The position numbers and the translations under genes are program-made. Below, one piece after another: positions 27,016-36,368 of a stretch of 64,000 nt of DNA. Under the pieces are notes generated by a model. It worked only from the letters and a program-made list of their open reading frames with translations. It did no database searches and was not told the DNA's origin. The stretch lies in the NCBI GenBank assembly GCA_963703165.1, contig OY969798.1, positions 4,622,585-4,686,584 of the forward strand. Direction: 5' to 3'. The stretch is from an uncultured Actinomycetota bacterium. GTDB taxonomy: Bacteria > Actinomycetota > Actinomycetes > Sporichthyales > Sporichthyaceae. Numbering within the stretch: the first letter of the stretch is position 1; each line of letters opens with the position of its first letter.

Positions 27016-27750
27016 GTGGACTCTGTTGTGAGCGATGAAACAGTGGCGCAGGCGCTGGCCAGGCAGTTCTACGACCTGAACGATCATCTGCTGGCCGGCG
27101 GCAGCCGCGAGAGGGCGATGCAGCGCTTGGTCGAACTGGCAGTGGCGGCGGTGCCCGGGTGCGCCTGGGCAGGGGTGACGACCTATACGCCGTCCAAGGG
27201 GGCCAAGGGTCTGGCCAGCAGCGACCCGATCAGTGTCACGGTCGACGAGATTCAGCACGAACTGGATGAGGGCCCGTGCGTGACCGCCGCGGTGATCGAC
27301 AGCTTTGCCTCGGTGCAGGTGGAGGACATCGACAAGGAATCCCGCTGGCCGCGGTTCTGCGCCCTGGTCGCCGAACGGACGCCCGTGCGCAGCATCATGT
27401 CGTTCCACCTGACCGGAGACCAGGCTCCGGCCCGGTCTGCGCTGAATCTCTACGGACCGGAACCGCAAGTTTTCACCGGCGAGTCCTTCGACGTGGGCGC
27501 ACTGTTCGCCACACACGCCGGGGCGCTGATGCTGCACTCGTACAGCGCGCATCAGGTGACCAACCTGAACGCGGCCCTGACCAGCAGTCGAGAGATCGGG
27601 ATGGCCATCGGCATTCTGATGGCGATGCACAGAATCACCTCCGAAGAGGCCTTCGAGATGCTCAGCGTCGCCAGTCAGCATCTGAACCGAAAATTGCGCG
27701 ACGTGGCCGACGACGTCGCCCGGACGGGGACGCTTCCCGGAAGATGTTGA
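27016..27750 (+). CDS. GAF-ANTAR RNA-binding antitermination regulator
   Basis: A GAF domain is followed by an ANTAR helix bundle (SREIGMAIGILMAMHRITSEEAFEMLSVASQHLNRKLRDVADDV). Confidence 0.75.
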   Translation: MDSVVSDETVAQALARQFYDLNDHLLAGGSRERAMQRLVELAVAAVPGCAWAGVTTYTPSKGAKGLASSDPISVTVDEIQHELDEGPCVTAAVIDSFASVQVEDIDKESRWPRFCALVAERTPVRSIMSFHLTGDQAPARSALNLYGPEPQVFTGESFDVGALFATHAGALMLHSYSAHQVTNLNAALTSSREIGMAIGILMAMHRITSEEAFEMLSVASQHLNRKLRDVADDVARTGTLPGRC

Positions 27751-27773
27751 GCCAACGATAATGTGACTAGCCG

Positions 27774-29219
27774 TCAGAAGAGCCTGTTGATGTCCGCGAA
27801 GGGCTCCTTCAGCACCATGCCGGTACTGGTCAACTGGAACTCGCGTACGTGCTTGTCGTGGTCGGAGCCGCGCATCTTCAGCATCTGGATGCCGCGCTTC
27901 ATCTCCCCGCCCACCGGCACGTAATGCAGCAGCGTGATCGCGTCGCTGATCGTCGAGACGTGCAGTTCCCCGGCGCCGTCGGCGCTGAGGAAGTCCGTGA
28001 CGCTCGAGGTCACCATGCCGGCCATGGACTGCAACTTGATGTAGTACGTCAGCCCCAGCACATACTCCCGAAAGCTTTTCACCGTCGAGATCCGCTGCAG
28101 GGCGGTGAGGCTGTCGATGGCAACCCGATCCGGCGCGAACGTGTCGATGGTCGACTTCATCCGCTGCAGGTGATCCTCGAGTGAGGCTGCCTCAGGCGTC
28201 TCGGCAACGATGCACAGGCGCCCCGAGTCCTCCATCGCTTCCAGATCCAAGCCCCAGGCGGCGGCATTGCGAAGCAGTTGCGGGCGGCTCTCCTCGAAGG
28301 AATGCAGCAGGGCGCGCTGTCCGGCGCGCACCCCACCGGCGGCGAAGTGCGTGGCGAGGAAGGACTTGCCGGTGCCCGTGGGACCGGCGACCAGCCACAA
28401 CGACTTCTCGTACAGCCCGCCGTGCAGCATGTCGTCGAGCGCGGGCACCCCGCAGCTGATGCGCGTGGTGGAGGTCGTGTAACCCATGGAACTCACGGCC
28501 AACGGCACGATCGCGAGTCCGTCGTTGAGCAGAGTGAACAGGTGCTCGCCCCGCATGTGCGAGCAGCCGCGCATCTTCAGGATCTCGATGCTGCGGCGTC
28601 GCTTCTCGTGCTCCAAGGAGTTGCGCAGGATCGCGACGTTGTCCGCGACGAACTCCTCGAAGCCCAGCCGTCCGATGGGGCCGTAGTCATCCGACCGTTC
28701 GGTGGTGATCACCGACGTGACGCCCGCTTCTTCCAGCGTCTCGGCCAGGCGGAACAAGGTGCGCCGCGCAGGGGTGACGTCGTCGAACTGGGAGACCAGG
28801 GAGCCGATTGAGTCGATCGCGACGCGACGCGCGCCGACGCTCTCGATGGCGTGGGTGATCCGGCTCAGCAGCGGGGTCAGGTCGTAGTCGTTCCCGGAGA
28901 ACACTGTGTCGACCTGGCGGGGCGCGCCGTCGACGAAGAGCCACTGGTTGCGCTCCTCCCAACCGGGGATGTCCCAGCCGAAGGAGCGCATGTTGCGGCG
29001 GATGCCTTCGGGACGTTCCTCGAAGGTGACGAAGACGCCGGGCTCGTCGTCGGCGATCCCACCGGCCAGGAACTGGCACAACAGAACGGTCTTGCCGCTG
29101 CCTGCGGTGCCGGCGACCAGCGTCAGCCGGTTGCGCGGCAGGCCACCGTAGGTGATCAGATCCAGCCCGGGGATGCCGGCGTCGATGCGATCCAGCTCAG
29201 TGGTACCAGCTGACCTCAC
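27774..29219 (-). CDS. kaiC: KaiC-family double RecA-fold ATPase/autokinase
   Basis: Two RecA/KaiC domains, each with a Walker A (GTAGSGKT; GPTGTGKS) and Walker B motif. Length is 481 aa. The GTG at 29219 lies 1 nt after the upstream PP2C-KaiB stop. Confidence 0.85.
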   Translation of the reverse strand: MRSAGTTELDRIDAGIPGLDLITYGGLPRNRLTLVAGTAGSGKTVLLCQFLAGGIADDEPGVFVTFEERPEGIRRNMRSFGWDIPGWEERNQWLFVDGAPRQVDTVFSGNDYDLTPLLSRITHAIESVGARRVAIDSIGSLVSQFDDVTPARRTLFRLAETLEEAGVTSVITTERSDDYGPIGRLGFEEFVADNVAILRNSLEHEKRRRSIEILKMRGCSHMRGEHLFTLLNDGLAIVPLAVSSMGYTTSTTRISCGVPALDDMLHGGLYEKSLWLVAGPTGTGKSFLATHFAAGGVRAGQRALLHSFEESRPQLLRNAAAWGLDLEAMEDSGRLCIVAETPEAASLEDHLQRMKSTIDTFAPDRVAIDSLTALQRISTVKSFREYVLGLTYYIKLQSMAGMVTSSVTDFLSADGAGELHVSTISDAITLLHYVPVGGEMKRGIQMLKMRGSDHDKHVREFQLTSTGMVLKEPFADINRLF

Positions 29220-29220
29220 G

Positions 29221-30228
29221 TCAGATCCCTTCCTCGGTCGCCGGAGTCACCGGAAGTTGCAGAGCCCGGGCCAGAACCAGCGGGGAATCGAACCACCCGA
29301 TCACGCGGACCGGGGGTTCCGGCACGGCACGCAGGACCGTGGGTGCGGCGAGTACCCCGGCCTCCTCGGTCATCGCGAACTTGGATGTCACGTCGATGAC
29401 CTCGACCGACAGCTCGATGTCCCGCACGACGGTCTCCAGTTGGGAGAGCGTCTCCAGCAGCGATCGGGTCCGCATATCGCGCGGATCCACGTAGGCCCGC
29501 AACAGGACGCGGCCGGTAGGCGGAGGGGGCAGGTCGATCGAGGTGCGGTTGGCCTCGACAGCCATCTGTACCGACACCACGGTGGCGTCGTCCCTCGGTT
29601 GGCCGAGGGCGTCGGTCGCGCGGCGGGCGAACTCCGAGGCCCACGCGGCCGCGCCGCCGATCCCGTTGCAGGCCTCGACCAGCGAGGCGATCGCCTCGGC
29701 GGTGTCCACGCCGGGTCGGTCCACGAGTCCGTCGGTGTAGAGAAACATCGCGGTGTCCGGAGCCAGGTCGTGGGCGAACTCCTTGCGCGAGTCGCCGGGT
29801 GCCCCGAGCGGTGGCCCGGCGACGCCGTCGAACAGTTCGACCCGAATGTTGTTGACGAAGATGAGGGGCGGATGGCCTGCGTTCGCGACCCGGACCACGC
29901 GGGCGGCCGGGTCGAGCACCGCGCAGATCAATGTGGCGACGTGGTCCCCGCCGCGAGCCTCCATGGCCGCGTCGAGCTCGGCGAGGACGGCAGAAGGTTC
30001 CTGGGTCTTGCGCAAGGTTCGGCGGACGCGGAAGCGCAGATCCTCCGCGGCGGACGCGGCGTCGGGGCCGATTCCGGTCGCGTCCCCGATGACGACGGCG
30101 ACCCGACCATCGTGCAGATCCACGACCTCGTGCAGGTCGCCGCCGGAGTCGGTAGGCGTCGGGCGCCAACACACCTCGATGACCACGCTCTGCATGTCCA
30201 TCGTGGTGGTGCGCCAGCGTCTGGGCAT
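29221..30228 (-). CDS. PP2C (SpoIIE/RsbU-type) serine phosphatase fused to a C-terminal KaiB-like domain
   Basis: PP2C motifs GDATGIG and DGLVD. The C-terminal 95 aa (VLLRAYVDPRDMRTRSLLETLSQLETVVRDIELSVEVIDVTSKFAMTEEAGVLAAPTVLRAVPEPPVRVIGWFDS) align with cyanobacterial KaiB as I remember it (LYVAG...VIDV...LAEE..ILATPTL..VLP.PVRRIIGDLSD). The ATG at 30228 has a GGAG ribosome-binding site. Confidence 0.7.
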   Translation of the reverse strand: MPRRWRTTTMDMQSVVIEVCWRPTPTDSGGDLHEVVDLHDGRVAVVIGDATGIGPDAASAAEDLRFRVRRTLRKTQEPSAVLAELDAAMEARGGDHVATLICAVLDPAARVVRVANAGHPPLIFVNNIRVELFDGVAGPPLGAPGDSRKEFAHDLAPDTAMFLYTDGLVDRPGVDTAEAIASLVEACNGIGGAAAWASEFARRATDALGQPRDDATVVSVQMAVEANRTSIDLPPPPTGRVLLRAYVDPRDMRTRSLLETLSQLETVVRDIELSVEVIDVTSKFAMTEEAGVLAAPTVLRAVPEPPVRVIGWFDSPLVLARALQLPVTPATEEGI

Positions 30229-30887
30229 CTCAGGTCTCCATGCGGGCGTCAGCCGCGCACGGTGGACGCGTAGTCCGGACCTGCCGCACCACGTCACTCC
30301 TCCCGGGTCATCACCGATCCGCGGCATTGTGGCTCACTCGGCGCGCTGCCCGCTGCGGCGTACGGCACACGGAAGAGCTGTGTTGCGTATGTCTCCCCAG
30401 GTCAGGGAGAGGATCAGAAGACCGGGCCGACGTCCGCGGCGACGATGTCGTCCAAGGCGGGTTCGGCCACCGCGGCGGCGGCCGGGCGAGGCAGGGCCAG
30501 CGTCAGGCCCGAGGCGGCCAGTCCGGCTAGCAGGGTGCGACGGCTCGGCGCGATCACACCGCTAGCTTACACCGTAAGTCTGTGTGGTGAGGATCGTTCC
30601 GGATCGCTCAGAACGGCAGGCGGCGACCGCTCGGCGAACGACGATCCACCTCGAATTGCGGGCGCGGGCGTGCGGGTCGGCGGATCTGGATCTGGTTGGA
30701 CATCGAAGCTCCCCGTCCTCGGCATCCTGACCTCCTCCGGTGCGGCCCGACCCTGGTGCCGGGAGTCAAATACTTCCCAGTAGGCCTGGGGATCAATCCG
30801 CTTGTGAGTAGGTCGTTTCTTGCATGAAGTACACGGGGTGCTTGTTTCGGCTGAAGTCACCGACTGTGAACTCTTATGACCACGCAA

Positions 30888-32000
30888 TCAGCCGCTGTCA
30901 CGATTGGCCAGATACAGCCAGATTCCGACGCCGACGATGATCGCGCCGAGTATCGACGCAAGGGTGATCTTGACCCAGCTGTAGGGCCGCTGGCCGTGCA
31001 CCTCGCCGGTGACGCCGTTGACGAATACCTGGAACGGCTTCTGCTGGAACATCACCACCAGCAGGAACAGCGGGAGCAGCAGGTGTCGGTAGGTCTGGCC
31101 CAGCCACGCCGTCGACATCGAGTGGATGCGTTGCTGGTCGCCGCCGATGTCGTGCTTGACCGCCGAGGTGATCTCCTCGGTCATCCGCCCCTGTGCGCTG
31201 CTGTGGCACTCGGCCAGCGAGCGCTCATAGGTCCGGGACACGGCACCGGCCAGATACTCGCGCCGGAAGCCGCGCGCGTCGCCCGTGGGCCACGGTTCGA
31301 GGTCACGTAGCCGATCGGTGTCCAGCGAGGTGTCGGCCCCGATCGCGACGTCGTCGAAGCCGAGATCGACGGTGCCCGAGGCGTGCCGCCAGACGGTGTA
31401 GGTCTCGGTGCGCTGGTTCTGCCCGGACCCGACGACGCGGGTGTGAGTGTCGCCGCGCTCGCCGCTGTACTCGGTGGAGGTCTGCGTGTCGAAGGTGAAG
31501 AACGGCAGGTACACCGCGGAGAACGAGCCGGTGGTGGAGTACTTCTTGAAGGCGTTCGGCGCGAACCACCGCTTCTTGATCCACGCCTCGACCTGCGTCT
31601 TGGCCTCGGGTTGATCCATCCCGAACGGCACCACCCCGTCGACGGGCAGACGCGCCGGCGAGGCGTGGATGTCGCTGCGTTGCACCGGGCTCGCGCAGTA
31701 CGGGCAGCGGGTGGCCGTGAGGGTGCCGCTGAAGCCGATGGTGCCTGCGCAGTTCGGGCAGGTCAGTTCCTGCTCCGGACCCGCCTCGCCCGGCGCCGCG
31801 ACGGCGGCGTCCGGATCGGCGAGAGTCGCCTCGAGGTCGCGCTCGGCGGGGCGTTCGCCGTCGTCGACGACCGGCTCCTGTCGACCGCAGTTCGGGCACA
31901 CCAGGGCCTGGGCGCGGCCCGCGAACACGAACCCGCCGCCGCAGGACGGACACCCGAAGGTGACCGAGGACAGGGGTGGTGGGGTGGGACCGTCGGTCAC
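30888..32000 (-). CDS. double zinc-ribbon membrane protein (partner of the SPFH protein)
   Basis: The GTG at 32000 overlaps the SPFH gene stop (GTGA). It has two C4 ribbons (CPSC..CPNC; CPNC..CPYC), a soluble domain and two C-terminal TM helices. In the track it is merged into the 741-aa ORF. Confidence 0.5.
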   Translation of the reverse strand: MTDGPTPPPLSSVTFGCPSCGGGFVFAGRAQALVCPNCGRQEPVVDDGERPAERDLEATLADPDAAVAAPGEAGPEQELTCPNCAGTIGFSGTLTATRCPYCASPVQRSDIHASPARLPVDGVVPFGMDQPEAKTQVEAWIKKRWFAPNAFKKYSTTGSFSAVYLPFFTFDTQTSTEYSGERGDTHTRVVGSGQNQRTETYTVWRHASGTVDLGFDDVAIGADTSLDTDRLRDLEPWPTGDARGFRREYLAGAVSRTYERSLAECHSSAQGRMTEEITSAVKHDIGGDQQRIHSMSTAWLGQTYRHLLLPLFLLVVMFQQKPFQVFVNGVTGEVHGQRPYSWVKITLASILGAIIVGVGIWLYLANRDSG

Positions 32001-33113
32001 TGCGAGGGCACCGGCGGGGGCGGGATCGGCGGGGGAGTCGTGAACAACCCGGCGAGCTGGGCGACCGACGACGCGGCCGCCCATCCGGCCATGCCCGTCG
32101 TCCACACGAGAGTGCTCGGCGTCAGCTGACCCGACGCAACGGCGCCGCGCAGTTGATCGAGGTTGAACGGGCCGGTCGGTTGGCCGCCCGACTCCACGTG
32201 GAACAGGACACCGATCGGCGGCGGTGTGGCAGCCGACGCCAGGCTGCTCGCCATCTGCTGGCCCGAGCGCCAGGCCGACACCCGCCCCGACCATCGAGCC
32301 GGCACCGCCACCCTGATTTTCCGCGGCGGCCAGCGTCGCGTCCGCGGCGCGGACCTGGGCCAACCGTCCGACGTCGCCGACGTTCTGGACGTAGCCCCGG
32401 GTCTCGATGCCCTTGGCGACGCCGGCGGTCATGGCCGCGGTGATCTCGTCTGGCAGCGACACGTTCATCGCGATCGAGTCGATGGCCAGCCCGAACTCGT
32501 CGTCGACGCGCTCCGCGACCATCGCGCGCAGCTTGTCGGCCAGCTCGGCGTTCTTGTGCTGCAGATCGATCGCACTCACGCCGGCACCGCCCATGAGGTC
32601 GGCGAACGCGGTCGCGATCAGGCGACGCAGCAGTTCGGTGAGTTCCTCGAGCTCGACGGCACTGTCCGTGCCGATGACCTGGCGCAGGAAGATCTCCGGG
32701 TCGGCGATCCGCAGCACGCACAGGCCGTTGGCGCGGAGCGGAATCGTGCCGAACTCGGCGTCGCGGATGACGATCGGTTGTGGCGTTCCCCAGCGCAGGT
32801 CGGTGACCGGGCGGGTGTTGATGAAGTAGACCTCGGAGCGGAACGGGGATTTGAACCCGTGCTTCCACCCCTGCAGCGTCGACAGGACCGGGAGCGCCTC
32901 GGTGGCCAGCTCGTAGTTGCCTGGGCCGAACCGGTCCGCCAGCGAACCGCGGTAGACGAACACGGCCTGCTGGCCCTCGCGCACGATCAGCTGCGCGCCG
33001 TTCTTGATCTCGTTGTTGTAGCGAGGGAAGCGCCAGGCGAGCGTGCTGCGTGAGTCATCGATCCACTCGATGATGTCGACCAGTTCGCCCTTGATCTTGT
33101 CGATCAGCCCCAT
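31997..33113 (-). CDS. SPFH/band-7 domain protein with C-terminal DUF4339 (GYF-like) domain; frame switch near 32255-32275
   Basis: The N-terminal SPFH domain (MGLIDKIKGELVDIIEWIDDSRSTLAWRFPRYNNEIKNGAQLIVREGQ...) and Gly-rich linker are in the 33113 frame. The C-terminal DUF4339 (GGQPTGPFNLDQLRGAVASGQLTPSTLVWTTGMAGWAAASSV) and the stop are in the 32311..31997 frame. Confidence 0.55.
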
Positions 33114-33176
33114 GCCGGCCTCCCCATGCGCGTGGTCACGTCTTCCGCGCCACCCTAACGAGAGGCAGGGGCGGGC

Positions 33177-33674
33177 CTACGGGAACAGCACATGACCCCG
33201 ATACGTGCAGACGGTTCCGCTGGGATTGCTGTCACTGCAGGCCCGGTACCAGGCACTCTCACGGGACAGCTGTCCGGTGGTTCCCTCCGACTGCGCGATG
33301 CGTCCCTCGTCCGGGTTCCCCAGGTTGTCCGTCGTCTCCAGCCAGACCGTGGCCGTCGGGTCGACCACCCAGGCAGGCACCTTCTCGACCTTCTGCACCG
33401 TCTTACCGTTCTTGTCCTTCGCCTCCACGGTCCGCTCCGCGAAGCCTTGCTTCACCACTGACGCACCCACCAACACGGTGGAACCGTCGGCGGCCAGCTG
33501 CATACGCAGCTCGCGGCCGTCGTCGAAGTAACCGACACAATCCTTGCCCTCCGTCGCCGGACGGCTGACGCAGGCCGGCGCGGGCTCGACGGTCGGCTCG
33601 GCCGCGGCGGCCGTTCCGGCGGCCAGAGCGGCCACGGCGAGCGCGGCCGCGAGGGACAGATGAGCCATGGTCAT
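33177..33674 (-). CDS. hypothetical secreted protein
   Basis: Signal peptide MTMAHLSLAAALAVAALAAGTAAAA. Four Cys residues. No known domain. Confidence 0.4.
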   Translation of the reverse strand: MTMAHLSLAAALAVAALAAGTAAAAEPTVEPAPACVSRPATEGKDCVGYFDDGRELRMQLAADGSTVLVGASVVKQGFAERTVEAKDKNGKTVQKVEKVPAWVVDPTATVWLETTDNLGNPDEGRIAQSEGTTGQLSRESAWYRACSDSNPSGTVCTYRGHVLFP

Positions 33675-33799
33675 GAGCGATCCTTCCCGTTCCGGGAACG
33701 CCACCACGCGCGAACCGTGGTCGGCGGACCAGTTCGCGTTGGGCCAGGAGCTTATGGGTCAGCGCGGCGCTCCGGTAGCCGTCACCTGCGCGGCTTCCA

Positions 33800-34394
33800 G
33801 CAGGCGGGCGCCCGCGCTCGCCGCCCACGCCTGCGCGGGTCATGCGCCAGCGCCAGTGCTCACCGGTGTGGCAGGGATGATCGCCTCCCCGGGCGCCGCC
33901 GACGTGCAGGTAGCCCAGCTTCGCCGGGATCGCGCCGCTCGCCGTGTTGGCCGGGTCGTGATGGATCTCGACGAGGTTCACCTCGGGCACGTCCAGGGCG
34001 ACCGCGGTCAGGGCGGCAGCGGCCAGGCCGGCGATGCCCTTGCCGACGTGCGCCGCGGCGATCCAGTACCCGATCTCCAGGGCGTCGGGGCCGAGTCGGG
34101 CGTGCAGACCACAGGTGCCGAGCACGGTGCCCGCGCGCGTTGCGCACGACGTAGGGGGCATCGATGACCGGTCCTTCGTCGCCTCACGCCGGCGCGGACG
34201 ATGAAGTCGACGACAGTTGCACGCGAGAAGTCGTGCGTCCACTCCATCCAGGGCCGCAGGTGCTCCAGCGAGGCGCTGATTGCCTCGAACAGCTCGTCCT
34301 CGTCGGCGGCGCACAGCCGACGCAGCGTCAGATCACCGGCGGTGACGCGCATCGGCAGGAGGAACCGTGGCGCGTCCGGCGGTGTCGAGGGCAT
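33800..34394 (-). pseudogene. GNAT (RimJ/RimL-like) N-acetyltransferase, frame-switched; 3' end uncertain
   Basis: The N-terminus (MPSTPPDAPRFLLPMRVTAGDLTLRRLCAADEDELFEAISASLEHLRPWMEW) is in one frame. The acetyl-CoA-binding core (GTCGLHARLGPDALEIGYWIAAAHVGKGIAGLAAAAL...LVEIHHDPANTASGAIPAKLGY) is in another, without an intervening stop. Confidence 0.35.
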
Positions 34395-34670
34395 GAAGCC
34401 CATGCTCCCCGCGGGATCCCGCGGGGAGCAACGCATTTCCCCTCCGTGGCGCAGCGGGAGCGATCAGGCGGGGCGGCGCTCCACGCTGTCGATGCCGCTC
34501 TCCATGATCGAGGCGAACTCGAAGCAGATCCGTCGGTCGGCGGCCAGGACCTGCTCCATGAGGTCGAAGGTGTACTCGACGGCCTCGGTCGGACGCAGCA
34601 CCGCTGCGGGCAGGAACGCGCGGAATGTCTCGGTGCTCGCGGACTCGGAGCATCCGATCGCCGGCCACGC

Positions 34671-36239
34671 TCAGCCGAGCACGATCTCCCGCAGCGCCGA
34701 GCGCAACAACGTGGCGGTCTCGTCCCAGGAGCGAGCCTGCGCCGCGCCGTCCTCGCGCTCGAGGTCGCCGTCGGTCTCGTCCGCGGACTTGCGCCACTGG
34801 GTGGACATCGCCTCGCAGTCGGCGATCAGGTTCAGCACCAGACGACGGTCGTGGCCGCAGATCCGGGCGACCTCGGCAGGGGTCAGCGTGCCGTCGTCGG
34901 CGGTCAGTTCGACGATCGTCAGCAACGCAGGGTGGCCGGCCTCGTCCGCGGACTCCGTGACCGGCGGTGCGGACTCGGCCTCCTCGAAGAATCGCCGCCC
35001 GCCGACCTCGGCGCGGAGCCGATCGTCCAGTTCGTCGGCCATCCCCATCATCAGGGTGACCGCCCACACGAGCAGCTCCGGGACGAACGGCTCGCACCAC
35101 AACTCGTGCGTGGCCAGGACGCGCCCGCCGCTCCAGGTCAACTTGGCGAAGCGGATTCTGTTGTTGGCCCGGTTGATCCGCTCCAGCGCGAGCACATCGC
35201 CGGAGGCGCCGACCAGCAGGGGCGAGAACAGCTCGACGACCGGAACCTCGCCGACCACGCGGATGAAGACCATCGCGCTGCCGGACCGGATCGGAATGTC
35301 CCCGTCCTCGTCACGCACTATCGGCTGGTTGAAGTGCGCCGCGAGGGTGGCTGCCACCTTGGTCCGCAGGTCGTCGCCGTTGTTTCCTGAGGGTGCATCA
35401 GGTCCGGGCAGGCCGGGCAGGTCCAGGAATGAAGGGTGCGGGACGTCGAAAATCTCCCGGGCGGTACGCACGATCAGGTCCACGAGGGCGTCGTTGGTCT
35501 CACCGGCGAGGGCGGCCACGAAGTTCGAGGACCCCTCCGCCCATTCGTCACCCGCAACGGCCGTCGGGGCCGTCCAGCCCAGGGCGACCAGCGCTGCCTG
35601 ACGGGCTTCGGACAGTTGTAGGCGAATGTCCAGATACTGGTTGCCGGACACCTCGGCGTGCAGGCGGTCACCGTCGGAACCGAGCACCTGGATGCTGGGC
35701 GCGGCGCCCTGCAGATCGGCCGGTTCCAGCGCGGTCGGCAGGCCGATGATCAGCGAGTCGGGCGCTCCCAGCTCGCCGAGGGAGACGCTCAGGCGTTCCG
35801 CGAAGGCGGACCAGGCCGACTCCACGGAGGCGTCGAGGTCGAAGGCGCCCGGCCGGCGCAGGCCCGTCGGCTCGGGGGAGTCCGCGGCCGGCAGCGTCTC
35901 CTCGCCCAGGTCGTGGAAGGCGATCAGGACGGTGCGCCGCAGCCGTTCCGCGTTGCGGCAGCTGGCCAGGTAACGCGCGTCGTCGTCGATCGCGAGGTCC
36001 CCGAGGCCGGCGCCGCGCAACTCACCGACCACCCAGGTCCGTGCGACGTCGTCGCGGCGCAGCCACCCGTCGCGCAGCGTGACCCACAGGTCCCGGACGA
36101 ACTGGGTCGTGGGGATCACCCCGTAGCGGCGCCGTAACGCCACCAGGGTGTCCCCGCTCAGTTCGAGGGACCTGGACACCTCGTCAAGGATCTCACCGGG
36201 CACGGACTCCCAGCGGAAGCGACTTTGCACGTCGCACAT
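34671..36239 (-). CDS. hypothetical acidic cytoplasmic protein (possibly tandem YbjN-like domains)
   Basis: The 522-aa ORF is from the ATG at 36239. I see no motif I can name with confidence. Confidence 0.4.
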   Translation of the reverse strand: MCDVQSRFRWESVPGEILDEVSRSLELSGDTLVALRRRYGVIPTTQFVRDLWVTLRDGWLRRDDVARTWVVGELRGAGLGDLAIDDDARYLASCRNAERLRRTVLIAFHDLGEETLPAADSPEPTGLRRPGAFDLDASVESAWSAFAERLSVSLGELGAPDSLIIGLPTALEPADLQGAAPSIQVLGSDGDRLHAEVSGNQYLDIRLQLSEARQAALVALGWTAPTAVAGDEWAEGSSNFVAALAGETNDALVDLIVRTAREIFDVPHPSFLDLPGLPGPDAPSGNNGDDLRTKVAATLAAHFNQPIVRDEDGDIPIRSGSAMVFIRVVGEVPVVELFSPLLVGASGDVLALERINRANNRIRFAKLTWSGGRVLATHELWCEPFVPELLVWAVTLMMGMADELDDRLRAEVGGRRFFEEAESAPPVTESADEAGHPALLTIVELTADDGTLTPAEVARICGHDRRLVLNLIADCEAMSTQWRKSADETDGDLEREDGAAQARSWDETATLLRSALREIVLG

Positions 36240-36368
36240 CCTGGCAGGCGGGTCCGAGGGGACAGGTTTAGGGGTTTTCCCCGTCGTCCGGGGCGGGTTT
36301 GAGTTCCTACGGTGAGGTAAGAGCTGGAGCAAACCGGCCACGCCCGACTGGTTCTGCCGATCGGAGTC

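Noticed and set aside
29152-30273. 373-aa + strand ORF
   Set aside because: It is antisense to the PP2C-KaiB gene, and Arg/Gly-rich.
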